Origin: a virus
Virus genome (UHGV): UHGV-2167453
Length of the DNA stretch: 61,530 nt
Direction: 5' to 3' (one strand)
The position numbers and the translations under genes were made by a program. How positions within the stretch are numbered: position 1 is the stretch's first letter; each line of letters starts with the position of its first letter. Below the pieces are notes generated by a model. That model worked only from the letters and a program-made list of their open reading frames with translations. It did no database searches and was not told where the DNA came from. Below, piece after piece: positions 38,355 through 47,643 of this stretch.

Positions 38355-39054
38355 TTCTCTCCTACTCAATCCTCAGGATGTACTTGATATCTTTGTCATT
38401 GACAATTGCTCTGATCTCTTCTCCCTGCTCAAAGACAATCAAGTTATCTTTTTCGATTCTCACTGAATCCGCTGTTATCGTCATCGTTACTCTCTCTTGA
38501 GCTATCTCGTATCTGTGCATAATCAGTTTCTCCTGTCTGTTTTCCGTCTCATTGGCAATCCGTGGTATTTTCGATAGTTATTTGAACCGAATAGCAATTT
38601 CCAAGCGAATGTGTTTCTAACGAGTGATTCATCAAACTCAAACTTGATATCTAGTCCGCCATCGTTGTTCATATGTGTTGTGATTTCTGCATCATCAACA
38701 AGTTTTTCAGAAAGATCATGAATCCAATCACCTATAATCGTCATTCTTCTAACAATTCCATCAGACGTTATAAAAACCTGTCTGAGATTTTCATCTTTCT
38801 CACCCATCGTAACACCTCTTTTTATTTTGGGAAATTTCAGAACGACTTAGCAAGCCGATTTTTCACTATTGATTTAATGGGGTCCCCCATCGGTCAGAGC
38901 GTCGAACATTTGTTCCGAACACATGATTCTATACGAAAAATACTTATTTATCCAATAGAGTTGACCATTTCCGAGGAAACTCTGTTTAAAATCACTGCAA
39001 AGTCAATGATTTATTTTAACCATCAGTTTTTCCGTTCTCAAATCTTAAAAAATA

Positions 39055-39741
39055 TCAATCGTTTTCCTCGATCTGTGGCGGTAAATCCTGTCCGAGCTGT
39101 GGCAATTGATCCGCGGTCAGTGGTCTTGCCTCCACTTTCTCACGGCTAACCCCTGGAAGGTTCCACATATGGTGTCTGTTCAGTGATGGTAGTACCTTCA
39201 TTGGATTGATGCGCTTATCTTGTAACATTGACTCTAATGATTGTTCGTTGTCATCCATGATTTTCTTGCGCAAATCGAAATATTTTTTACTTAGTCTATT
39301 ACTATTACCACCACTATTACTAGGATTATATTTAGTGTTATATCTACTGTCTTTATCCCAGTTATATAGTGTTTGTTTATCTATCCCAGACATATCAGAG
39401 AAGCCTTTAATGTTTACAACTTGGCAATGTCTATTGCAGATTCTCTTGTAAATCTCATAGGCATTCATGACTTTCTCATCGTCATAGGTTCCGCCAATGC
39501 TGCCATTGATCCAGAGCAAATTCCCGTTCTTCTCGAACAGTGTCACTCTGATCTCCTCGATAATGTCATTCCAAATCTGTGGTGGAATGTCTGACTCGTC
39601 AAGATCATCTCTCATGCAGTAATCAGTGATCACGTCATCAACTAAGGCTCTGAGGTTGACTGGATCAACTTCAACACTTTCAACACTGTTCACCGTTTCA
39701 ACTTCTACTCTCTCTGTTTTCTGTGTTCTTCTCTTAGCCAT
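39055..39741 (-). CDS. Hypothetical protein (228 aa) immediately downstream of sRNA copy A
   Basis: SD gcggaggtg; no motif recognised. Confidence 0.4.
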   Translation of the reverse strand: MAKRRTQKTERVEVETVNSVESVEVDPVNLRALVDDVITDYCMRDDLDESDIPPQIWNDIIEEIRVTLFEKNGNLLWINGSIGGTYDDEKVMNAYEIYKRICNRHCQVVNIKGFSDMSGIDKQTLYNWDKDSRYNTKYNPSNSGGNSNRLSKKYFDLRKKIMDDNEQSLESMLQDKRINPMKVLPSLNRHHMWNLPGVSREKVEARPLTADQLPQLGQDLPPQIEEND

Positions 39742-39777
39742 TGTTTTTCACCTCCGCATTGTTAATAATCTATAAAC

Positions 39778-39905
39778 AAAAAAGCCTAGACACACCGAGA
39801 TATTAAACAGCTCATTGTCTGTTATTTTCTCGATATGCCTAGGCTGACGATTCCTAGCTCTTTTCGATCCAGCTCCCATTCGGCTTTCACGGATTTCTTG
39901 TCGCT
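39778..39905 (-). ncRNA. Candidate small RNA, copy A (~128 nt): sigma70-like promoter, conserved 5' region, long intrinsic terminator
   Basis: -35 ttgcaa / 17 bp with TG / -10 tataat (39912-39940, minus); 17-bp terminator stem agcctaggcatatcgag...ctcggtgtgtctaggct + U6. Confidence 0.55.
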
Positions 39906-39911
39906 GATGCC

Positions 39912-39940
39912 ATTATAACACAACGAAAATCTGTTTGCAA
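39912..39940 (-). promoter_or_regulatory. Promoter of sRNA copy A (ttgcaa-N17-tataat, extended -10 TG)
   Basis: Direct reading of minus strand ttgcaaacagattttcgttgtgttataat. Confidence 0.55.
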
Positions 39941-39984
39941 TAGTGTCGAGTAAATTAATTTTAAATTTTTATCAAGGCGTGTGC

Positions 39985-40040
39985 GTCCGTGTATGTGCGT
40001 GCTCGGCTGTGCACTGGCGTGTCCGTGTTTTGATAATCAG
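39985..40040. repeat. GC-rich GT/GC-alternating tract (gcgtgtgcgtccgtgtatgtgcgtgctcggctgtgcactggcgtgtccgtg) in AT-rich 760-bp intergenic region
   Basis: Local composition outlier with gtgcgt/cgtgt repeats. Confidence 0.4.
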
Positions 40041-40465
40041 ATCAGACAATGCACTGTTCTGTTGGCTGTGGTTGTCTCTTCCGGCCGTTGTTCATTTCTT
40101 GTCTGATCGATTTATTTTTACATCGATTTTGGGGAGGTACACAGTCGGTGTTTTCTCAAAACCCGACCTTTTTAAAACTATAGACTGAACGTAGTGAAGG
40201 ATATAGTTTTGAAAAGTAATATATATAATATTATAAATTATTTAGTAAGTCGATTATTATGGCTGTATCCATTCTGTATCCAATCTGTATACAAATAGCA
40301 TAATAATTTGCACAGCGTAACATTTGTGAAATCCCTGTTTGCCCTTGTGTTTACTGGCTTTGTTGGCATTTGTTAAATATTTATCGTAACAATTTGTTAA
40401 CAGTTTTGTAACCCTACTTGCCCTGTTAGTTTGAACTAACAACTATTTTTAAAAAAATAGAGCAG

Positions 40466-40500
40466 GAATGCCCATTTCTTGCTCTATTGGCTAAAATAAT
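40466..40500 (-). terminator. Rho-independent terminator after 40503..40694
   Basis: atagagca...tgctctat 8-bp stem with A7 on plus (U-run on minus). Confidence 0.6.
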
Positions 40501-40790
40501 ATTTAATAAATCACATCTTTCAGAATCAGTTCTACAGAGTTTACTTTGATGATTTCGGGAAGCTTATTTCTGTTGTTCGCAACCTTGAATTTCTTCAATG
40601 CATTGTCGTGAGTGTGTGAAAATATATGCTTAGTTATTGTCGTTCCGTCTTCGAGATCAGCTGATATTTTATATACGTTTTTCAGTCTTTCCATTGTCTT
40701 TCACCTGTTCATTTGATATAATAATTGTTTGAGAGCGGTGGCAAGTTCCGCCCTCTCTTGTGTGTCTGAGTCGCTTTGTGCGGCTCTTTC

Positions 40791-40928
40791 TATTTGTCTT
40801 CTGTCGGTTTGTACTCTTCTGCTCCGCTCTCGATGTAAAGAAGGAAGTCGTTTATCTTCTTCTCTTCCCATCCAGCCGATCGCAGTCCCTCAATTAGTCT
40901 TGCTATCTCTGTCATTGTCATATCGTTC
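40791..40928 (-). CDS. Small hypothetical protein (46 aa, MNDMTMTEIARLIEGLRSAGWEEKK...)
   Basis: SD aaaggag; driven by promoter containing operator copies 1-2. Confidence 0.4.
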
Positions 40929-40939
40929 ATAGTTCTCCT

Positions 40940-41400
40940 TTCTCCGTCTTGCCACGGCAACTTGTAAGTATCTCTTACAAGTATTACTATACATTATTAA
41001 ACTATTCTTGTCAATGCATTATTAAACTATTCTTTCATTCTTTCAAGTTCTTTCTGAACGCAATCAAGAACAAACCCGGATATTTTCATTCCTTTCAGTT
41101 CGGCAGCTTTCTTGATCTGGTCTTTCGTTCCTCTAGGTGCCATCACTGTTATTCTATCATAGTTGTCTTTCTGATATTGTGCGATATAGCTTAATTCTTT
41201 TTCTTTATCTTTGAATGCCATTATTAAAACTCCTTTCTTATCTATAATGCTATTATACATTATTGAACTATGCTTGTCAATTTGGTTGAAAAATTTTCAT
41301 TATTATATAAGAAGAAACAAAAATATTTTAAAATTATTAAACTATACCGTTGACATAATTATTAAACTATGCTATATTATAACCATAGCAAAGAACAAAA
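40940..41400. promoter_or_regulatory. Three promoters (two minus, one plus) each built around a 13-mer operator attattaaactat / atagtttaataat (5 copies), flanking the RHH gene
   Basis: Copies at ~40992, ~41019, ~41258 (rc), ~41335, ~41363; ttgaca-N17-tata(g/a)t arrangement with operator inside spacer. Confidence 0.55.
41027..41218 (-). CDS. Ribbon-helix-helix DNA-binding protein (Arc/CopG/ParG-like), probable repressor of flanking promoters
   Basis: Start MAFKDKEKELSY...; DRITVMAPRGTKDQIKKAAELKGMKISGFVLDCV RHH pattern. Confidence 0.55.
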   Translation of the reverse strand, partial: AFKDKEKELSYIAQYQKDNYDRITVMAPRGTKDQIKKAAELKGMKISGFVLDCVQKELERMKE

Positions 41401-41495
41401 CAAAAAAGCCGACCGGAGCAGCTACCAACTCACACCGATCGGCACCAATCAAAAGAAAGGTAGCTCTATTATAACAGGAGCAAAGGAAAAAAGCA

Positions 41496-41903
41496 ATGTT
41501 AAGAACAAACAGCAGAAAAGCAATGGAGAACATCAGAAAAGAGATCGTGAACAGCTACGAGGCTGCAAACGAATATTACACATTCGAAGGCAGAGAAGCA
41601 AAGACAGATTTTAACGAGATCTGCGCAGACATCCTGGAGGCGTTCAGAATTGAAAAGCTTGAAAATGACTGTTATTACATCGCAGGCAGAGCAAGTAAAA
41701 ATGAAATGTTCATGGACTGGATGCAGGGACTTCCAACAGCGTTCCCGGTTGCTGATGATATTTTTCTCAGATCAGCGATCGACTTTCTTGGAAATATCCT
41801 TGAAGAGACAGAGGAAGAAAAGGCAAGATACACAGAGGACAAAGCCGAGAAATTAGCTTGTAACCTTCTTTACAGAGAACTTGAGAAAGGCGCACGCAAA
41901 TAG
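41496..41903 (+). CDS. Hypothetical protein, first gene of plus-strand operon
   Basis: 135 aa, SD aggagcaaagg. Confidence 0.4.
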   Translation: MLRTNSRKAMENIRKEIVNSYEAANEYYTFEGREAKTDFNEICADILEAFRIEKLENDCYYIAGRASKNEMFMDWMQGLPTAFPVADDIFLRSAIDFLGNILEETEEEKARYTEDKAEKLACNLLYRELEKGARK

Positions 41904-41959
41904 ATAGAGCAACCGGGGAGCAATCCCCGGAAGTCTTGAGCAGATCAGGAGGGCAAAAC

Positions 41960-42163
41960 ATGATAAAGATAGATATGTGGTATGAATATAAGCCGGAAGA
42001 AGTGACCGGAATTAATTGGAGTTTTTACGGTTACGACGTTGTATATCGTGGCAACCTTTACAAGAACGGGAAAACGATCGGAGACTTTACAGCGGACACA
42101 ATGCAGGAAGTACAAGAAGCCTTCCCGCAGTTATCGGAATCGATTAACAAGGCATTGAACTAG
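41960..42163 (+). CDS. Hypothetical small protein
   Basis: Start MIKIDMWYEY with SD aggaggg. Confidence 0.4.
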   Translation: MIKIDMWYEYKPEEVTGINWSFYGYDVVYRGNLYKNGKTIGDFTADTMQEVQEAFPQLSESINKALN

Positions 42164-42366
42164 AAAGGACTTGAAACCATGAGAAAAGCACTTGACTTTA
42201 TTATTTTAATTTTGATGGTTGCGGCGATCAGCTCAGCTGCCACCCGTGTATACATGATAAGAACCGCAGCGCCTTCCGTGCCTTGTTCTATCGCATGGAA
42301 TGACGAAGTGCACGACTACAGATAACAGCCGCCCGCCACGGAGGAACGAAGGCAGAAAGGGAAGAA

Positions 42367-42663
42367 ATGAGGAAATACGATTTTGATAAAATGGGGAATC
42401 TATGGAAGGATCACGCACAGACGATCATAAGCAAGGGAACATTTTTGGCAGTCTCCGGAAGTTGGGACATGTGGGCATATGATGGCATAGTTTACAGCAT
42501 ACCGCAGGCAGGGAGCGGCGGGGCGTGTTCTGTATGGTGCGGAGTTAAGAACCTGCGCGCCCACCTTTACAGACTTAGACAGATACGCGAAAGCGCCGGA
42601 CTCATTCCGGAAGACTGGCAGAACGTCAACAAGAAATTCTTTGAAGAAATGAAAATAGCATAG
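42367..42663 (+). CDS. Hypothetical protein
   Basis: 98-aa ORF. Confidence 0.35.
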   Translation: MRKYDFDKMGNLWKDHAQTIISKGTFLAVSGSWDMWAYDGIVYSIPQAGSGGACSVWCGVKNLRAHLYRLRQIRESAGLIPEDWQNVNKKFFEEMKIA

Positions 42664-42710
42664 CCGGACGCGTTCCGGCTTTTAGAATACCAGAAGGGGG
42701 ACAGAATCAA

Positions 42711-42893
42711 ATGAAAAATAGAGATATCGCAGAAATGATTTTTACCGCTTTAAGTGACGGATACGACAACGAAGAAGAACGCCAGGAGACAGAAACAGAG
42801 CTTGCCGCAGAACTTGAACAGCTGGAAGAAGGTGCAACGCTCAAAGCTGCATTGATTGCACTCTGTGAACGTGTCGAAGAATTGCAGAGCTAG
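42711..42893 (+). CDS. Hypothetical acidic small protein
   Basis: 60-aa ORF. Confidence 0.3.
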   Translation: MKNRDIAEMIFTALSDGYDNEEERQETETELAAELEQLEEGATLKAALIALCERVEELQS

Positions 42894-42982
42894 GAACTGA
42901 GCCGGAAGATATTGATCTATTGCATAGAGTGGAGAGTTTCACGAATACAAATAACAGGAAAGAGAAAAGGAGGAAAAACACA

Positions 42983-43744
42983 ATGAAAGCACAGAGAAAT
43001 TGGATCACACCAGAGGGAAAGAGTTTTGTCAAGTATGAGAACATGATGGAGCAGCCGCACTTGTTAGTTGCTGGAGCTACCGGATCGGGAAAATCGGTTG
43101 TAATTAATGGAATTATCACAACTGCACTGTTTGATGCACCGTCACAAGTACAGTTCATTCTTATCGACCCGAAGAGAGTGGAACTCGTAGACTATAGATA
43201 TCTTCCTCACACGGCTTTCTACGCATCCGAACCGGCTGAGATGGTCAGAGGATTGCAAATGGCTATGAATACCATTGAAACGAGATATACACAGATGCAG
43301 AGAGCGCACGAGAAGAAATACCATGGGACGCAGTTATACGTAATTATTGACGAATTAGCGGACTTAATGACCACGAACAAAAAACAGGTAATGCCACTGA
43401 TCCAGCGCATCGCACAAATAGGACGTGCCGCCGGAGTCCATCTGATCTGCGCGACTCAGTGTCCACTTGCCAAGGTCATACCGACAGAAATCAAGGTCAA
43501 CTTTGATGCCCGTGTGGGACTGCGTACGAGGTCAGCACAGGACAGCAGAAATATACTAGGCTTTAACGGTTGCGAGGATTTACCGCGCTATGGACAGGCA
43601 TATTATATGAATCCTGATAGTGGAGTAAAAAAAATAGTTGTTCCGATGTATGACAAGGGCGAAACATGGCGTTTGATTAATCACTGGATGCAGCAGCGCC
43701 CACCGAAAAAGAAAGGATTCTTTGAAAGATTGTTTAGAATATAA
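42983..43744 (+). CDS. FtsK/SpoIIIE-family P-loop ATPase (DNA translocase-like)
   Basis: Walker A LLVAGATGSGKSV, Walker B LYVIIDELADL; start MKAQRNWITPEGK with SD aaaggagg. Confidence 0.7.
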   Translation: MKAQRNWITPEGKSFVKYENMMEQPHLLVAGATGSGKSVVINGIITTALFDAPSQVQFILIDPKRVELVDYRYLPHTAFYASEPAEMVRGLQMAMNTIETRYTQMQRAHEKKYHGTQLYVIIDELADLMTTNKKQVMPLIQRIAQIGRAAGVHLICATQCPLAKVIPTEIKVNFDARVGLRTRSAQDSRNILGFNGCEDLPRYGQAYYMNPDSGVKKIVVPMYDKGETWRLINHWMQQRPPKKKGFFERLFRI

Positions 43745-43778
43745 AGAGAACCGGGAGAAATTCCCGGCTCTTTTTGTT
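43745..43778 (+). terminator. Rho-independent terminator ending plus-strand operon
   Basis: gaaccggga-gaaat-tcccggctc then ttttt. Confidence 0.75.
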
Positions 43779-43896
43779 TGCTTATTTTTGTACAACGCTC
43801 TATTTTGCTTTTTAAGGCTATTTTCATCGTTAGGCAAAGAAGCATAGCTTAAACTAATTCAAATCAATTCTAGCCACATTCTGCGAAGCCACAGAA

Positions 43897-44631
43897 TCAA
43901 ACTCCGAATTCCTTGTTGTTCTTTTTCTTCCACTCTTCCCGTTCTGCTTCTTTCTTCTTCTCTTCTTCGGTCATTTCTGAACCGTTTCGCACCCTCTTGA
44001 CATAGTTGACGATGTCGTTTTTTGTCGCTTCCTGAATCTCTTTTAGTCTATTCTTTCGCTGTTCTTCTTCCGCGGAAATCTTAGCAGCGTCTTCGGCTCT
44101 CTTCTTTGCAAGTTCTTCGTTTAATTCCTCAAGTGATTGAATTCCCTTTTCTTGTGGTTTGTTTTCCTGTTCCGGTTCTTCCAGTAGTTCCGGGTGTTCA
44201 ACGTATTCTTTCGCTTTTGCAAAAATATCCACGCTGTAAGTATTTATCAAGTCTTTCTGTATAACAATGTCAGTGATTCGCTCCCCGTATTTGCGTGCTA
44301 AGAATTTAGCCGATTTCTCTTTCTTCTTTTCCTCTTCTGACTCATACAGAGGATCAACAAAACCCTCTTCCCATGGCATCAATTCAACTGCTGCCATCTG
44401 GTCGACCTCTTTCGTCCCTTTTTCGGTCGAAACGCTCTCTGTAGACTCTAAAATCGGGGCTGTTGGCGTTTCAAGTGATTTAAGCATAGTTTCTACTGCT
44501 TCAACGATAAAAGCGTTTATAGTGTAGTCTATGCTCTGTATTCGCTCTTTCGTTCCTTTCGGTAATCTAGCTTGCACAATATCAAACTTTGAGTTATAAC
44601 GGTTTTGCGCGTCTTTCTGGTATTTCTTCAA
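43897..44631 (-). CDS. Hypothetical acidic coiled-coil protein transcribed out of TATATAT array
   Basis: 244 aa, E/K-rich C-terminus. Confidence 0.35.
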   Translation of the reverse strand: MKKYQKDAQNRYNSKFDIVQARLPKGTKERIQSIDYTINAFIVEAVETMLKSLETPTAPILESTESVSTEKGTKEVDQMAAVELMPWEEGFVDPLYESEEEKKKEKSAKFLARKYGERITDIVIQKDLINTYSVDIFAKAKEYVEHPELLEEPEQENKPQEKGIQSLEELNEELAKKRAEDAAKISAEEEQRKNRLKEIQEATKNDIVNYVKRVRNGSEMTEEEKKKEAEREEWKKKNNKEFGV

Positions 44632-44649
44632 GAAAAAGCACTCCTTTCA

Positions 44650-44800
44650 AACGATATCTTTGCTATATATAATACTATATATAAAATCTATATATCAAGC
44701 TATATATAAAAGGTATATATAAACACTATATATCTATCATATATATCTTTGCTATATATCATTACTATATATCTTTTATATATATCATGCATATATAGTT
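44650..44800. repeat. Array of ~11 direct repeats of (c)TATATAT(a/c) spaced 12-13 bp
   Basis: gctatatataat actatatataaa ctatatatcaag ctatatataaaa ggtatatataaa ... catgcatatatag. Confidence 0.7.
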
Positions 44801-44927
44801 TGCATCTAATTGTATTTATATAATGGTATTTAGATTTTTTCTCGAAAATTTCAAATTTCTTCCCTAAAACCGCGAACTTTACTCCGTTCTGAAAAAATGT
44901 TATGATAAAAAGAAAAGGAGTATTGGC

Positions 44928-45098
44928 ATGTACGAGGACATTTTAGAGTACCTGGACAAACGTCTCAAGGAAAATACTCGCGATATCGGCTCCGCAATCA
45001 CTTCCAGGGATGTTGATGATATCCACAGATATGAGGGCAGAGAGCAGATGATTCTTGAAATCAAGCGGTTTATAAGGAAAAAGCAAGGGGAGAAATGA
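44928..45098 (+). CDS. Small hypothetical protein (56 aa, MYEDILEYLDKRLKENTRDIG...)
   Basis: SD aaaggag; followed by hairpin ggggaga-aatgat-ctcccc. Confidence 0.35.
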   Translation: MYEDILEYLDKRLKENTRDIGSAITSRDVDDIHRYEGREQMILEIKRFIRKKQGEK

Positions 45099-45344
45099 TC
45101 TCCCCTCTTTGATTATTTGCAGAAATTGTTCAGCAATTCTTCTTTTAATTCCATCTTCCCGGCTCTAAAACCGAGCTTGAAAGCATAGATCAGTGCTTTT
45201 GTCTTCCCCATCTCCACTTTGTCAGCAATCGTAACCAATGGAAGCAGGTCTTCCGCAAAGTAATCTGTAACCACACTGTCGCTGATCGGGCGAATTTTCT
45301 CTTCAATATTATTCAGCGTGCTTCTCATATCGCTGACTTTTACT

Positions 45345-46064
45345 TTAAACTTCTTTACTACCATTCTTTTTCTCCTCTCTATGTTCTACCTTTAATTCGT
45401 AAAGGCCGTCAATCACGGTTTTTGCACGTTCAGCCATGTCAGGGAAGAAGTCAAATAAATCTAATTTGCTTTCAAGTCTCTTTCCTGTCCCCATAATATA
45501 TCTGATTTCTGCTTCCTCAAGGTCGAATTTTTCTTCAATGTAAGGAAATATAAGCTCAAACAAAAATTTTTCTTCGACACCGTAGCTGCTGCAAATAGCT
45601 GCTATTTTATATCTGTTTTTTCTGTAGAACGTAACTGGTTTAGGTGCCGGGATGCTAGATACCTTCGGTCTCTGCGGAATTTCTGCCACTTCTCTCGCTT
45701 TGAAATAGGTATTCACAAGTCTTCTCTGAACGCTCCACGACAATTCGTCTTTGAACGTCTTGACAGCCATCAGATATCCGCTCTCTGTCAACAAAACAAC
45801 TTCAAGATTAGGGTTGCCAACACTCTTATCTGAATTCTGTACGTGATACGTACTGAACTCTGACATCGTAACCTTAAAGTAATCCTCGCCCTTAATAAAA
45901 TGTTCCTTATGACTGTTGAAGTTTCTCTTAGCTGTGCCAGACGGTCTCTGGTGAACTTCATCAATGTCCTTGAAAGTAACTACTCTCTGTCCTTTGTATT
46001 CTCTGATCGGTAATGCTATTTCACTTACTGCTAAATTTTCTTTTGCCATCTTCTTAACCTCCAT
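45345..46064 (-). CDS. ORF6N-domain (Bro-N-like) antirepressor-family protein
   Basis: ...GQRVVTFKDIDEVHQRPSGTAKRNFNSHKEHFIKGEDYFKV... ORF6N signature. Confidence 0.55.
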   Translation of the reverse strand: MEVKKMAKENLAVSEIALPIREYKGQRVVTFKDIDEVHQRPSGTAKRNFNSHKEHFIKGEDYFKVTMSEFSTYHVQNSDKSVGNPNLEVVLLTESGYLMAVKTFKDELSWSVQRRLVNTYFKAREVAEIPQRPKVSSIPAPKPVTFYRKNRYKIAAICSSYGVEEKFLFELIFPYIEEKFDLEEAEIRYIMGTGKRLESKLDLFDFFPDMAERAKTVIDGLYELKVEHREEKKNGSKEV

Positions 46065-46463
46065 ATCAAATTACACTGTTGCTCTTGCCTTTGATTTTGC
46101 TTTCGCTTTTTGTAGTTCCCGATAGCCAAATGCATAGTCAAGAAGTACCCTGATTGCATCAACATCTTCCAGTTCATCTACCAGCTTCTTAATGTCATCT
46201 CTATAAATCTCTCTGTAAAATTCATCTCTGTCTTCGTAAAAATCAACGTCTTTCATTTATTTGTCCCCCTTAGACATCATTATAAAATCATACTTTGCTG
46301 CGTACATTTTACAAAATCCTGCAAGTTCAGCAAGACTGGTATAGCAGACAAGATTGTCCGCAATGTAATGGAGAATTGCTCTGTTGTCCTCTGGCTTCAT
46401 AATATTTACTTCTAAGTTAATTTCTTTCATAATAAAAACTCCTTTCAATTTAAAAAAATGTTC

Positions 46464-46492
46464 TTGAAAGAAGTCCCCGTCTGCATTATAAT
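46464..46492 (+). promoter_or_regulatory. Plus-strand promoter ttgaaa-N17-tataat
   Basis: ttgaaagaagtccccgtctgcattataat. Confidence 0.45.
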
Positions 46493-46498
46493 ATTTGC

Positions 46499-46567
46499 AG
46501 AAGGAAACTTCTAACTTGGTGGAGATTCACTATTACTTTGGTCGGTAGGTGTGAATCTCTATTTTTT
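46499..46567 (+). ncRNA. Candidate ~70-nt plus-strand small RNA, convergent with and overlapping 3' end of RHH gene 46559..46735
   Basis: Promoter above; internal hairpin agaag-gaaa-cttct; terminator gagattcac...gtgaatctc + tatttttt. Confidence 0.35.
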
Positions 46568-46735
46568 GATTTCAGACTTTAATTTGTGAATCCCTCTTCT
46601 TATCCCCTCTGTCTTCGGAATTTCTTCTTGCTGACAATATTCATCAAGAATTTCCTTTGTTTCATTGTCTAGCCTTACGTGAATAGGGTTTGATTTTGGA
46701 TTTTCACTTTTTGGTCTTCCTGTTCTTGGACTCAT
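46559..46735 (-). CDS. Ribbon-helix-helix protein (CopG/antitoxin-like), 58 aa
   Basis: MSPRTGRPKSENPKSNPIHVRLDNETKEILDEYCQQEEIPKTEGIRRGIHKL; SD ggggtga. Confidence 0.55.
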   Translation of the reverse strand: MSPRTGRPKSENPKSNPIHVRLDNETKEILDEYCQQEEIPKTEGIRRGIHKLKSEIKK

Positions 46736-46860
46736 ATTTTCACCCCACTTTCTGTAGCCCTATAATTATGATAATATATGTAGCCCAATAAGTCAATACC
46801 TAAATTCAAAAAAATAGAGAGGAATAAAAATCCCTCTCCAAAATAATCCATATTCAATTG

Positions 46861-47430
46861 TTACTGTACGATTTCTTCAAGGTCAAGGCTGTATCCCATA
46901 ACCTCTCCTACATCTGTACACTTTCCTCTTACTGTAATAGTGTCACCAGTTGAAAGAGTCTTCACAGCGTTGATGATATCTTCATCTCCATTTGTGTAGC
47001 ACTGAACTCCAGTAAGCGCAAAGTCATCATCTTCAGGAAGAATACTAATGTATGATGAGTCACTATCTATATTTGAAAGTTTTCCTGTAATTTCAAGATA
47101 CTTGTCTTTGTACTCATCAGAAGCTGCTGCTGCATTCTTGTCAAGAGCATCCACCATGTCACTGATAGAAACCTGTGTATACTCAATTGTTTCTTCCTGT
47201 TTAGCATCTGTGGCACCTTTACTGTTTGAATCACTCTTTGCTGTGGAATCGTCTGATCCACCACCGCCCATAGCAGCTCCGATAATTCCAATCACTACAA
47301 CTGCAATGATAATCCATTTCAGCTTTCCACCCTGTTTCTTTCTACAATTCGGACAAACCTTTGCTTTCTTTGGTATTTCTGACTGACAATGTTTGCAAAT
47401 TTTTGTTCCTGTGTTTTTTGATTTTCCCAT
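46861..47430 (-). CDS. Membrane-anchored protein: N-terminal zinc ribbon (CKHC...CPNC), TM helix, Gly/Ser linker, extracytoplasmic domain
   Basis: 189 aa; topology by inspection. Confidence 0.45.
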   Translation of the reverse strand: MGKSKNTGTKICKHCQSEIPKKAKVCPNCRKKQGGKLKWIIIAVVVIGIIGAAMGGGGSDDSTAKSDSNSKGATDAKQEETIEYTQVSISDMVDALDKNAAAASDEYKDKYLEITGKLSNIDSDSSYISILPEDDDFALTGVQCYTNGDEDIINAVKTLSTGDTITVRGKCTDVGEVMGYSLDLEEIVQ

Positions 47431-47643
47431 AATCCTTTTTTCCTTTCTTTCGATATACTGTAATTGTATTACATTCTTTTGAAAAACTCAATAGATTGCA
47501 TGAAAAAAGCACGGATCAACCGTGCGATTTCCGTTACAAAAATATTATTCTTATAGTGTGGATTATGCAGCCATATCAAACAAACCTAAGATAAACTTTC
47601 TTCCAATGCTATCGATGACCTAGGTAGTAGCTATCCCATCTTT

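Noticed and set aside
39890-39905. Shared tcagcgaca between the sRNA 5' conserved region and the terminal repeat unit, as a possible base-pairing target
   Set aside because: It is only a 9-nt match and in the same sense, not antisense, so it is probably coincidental.
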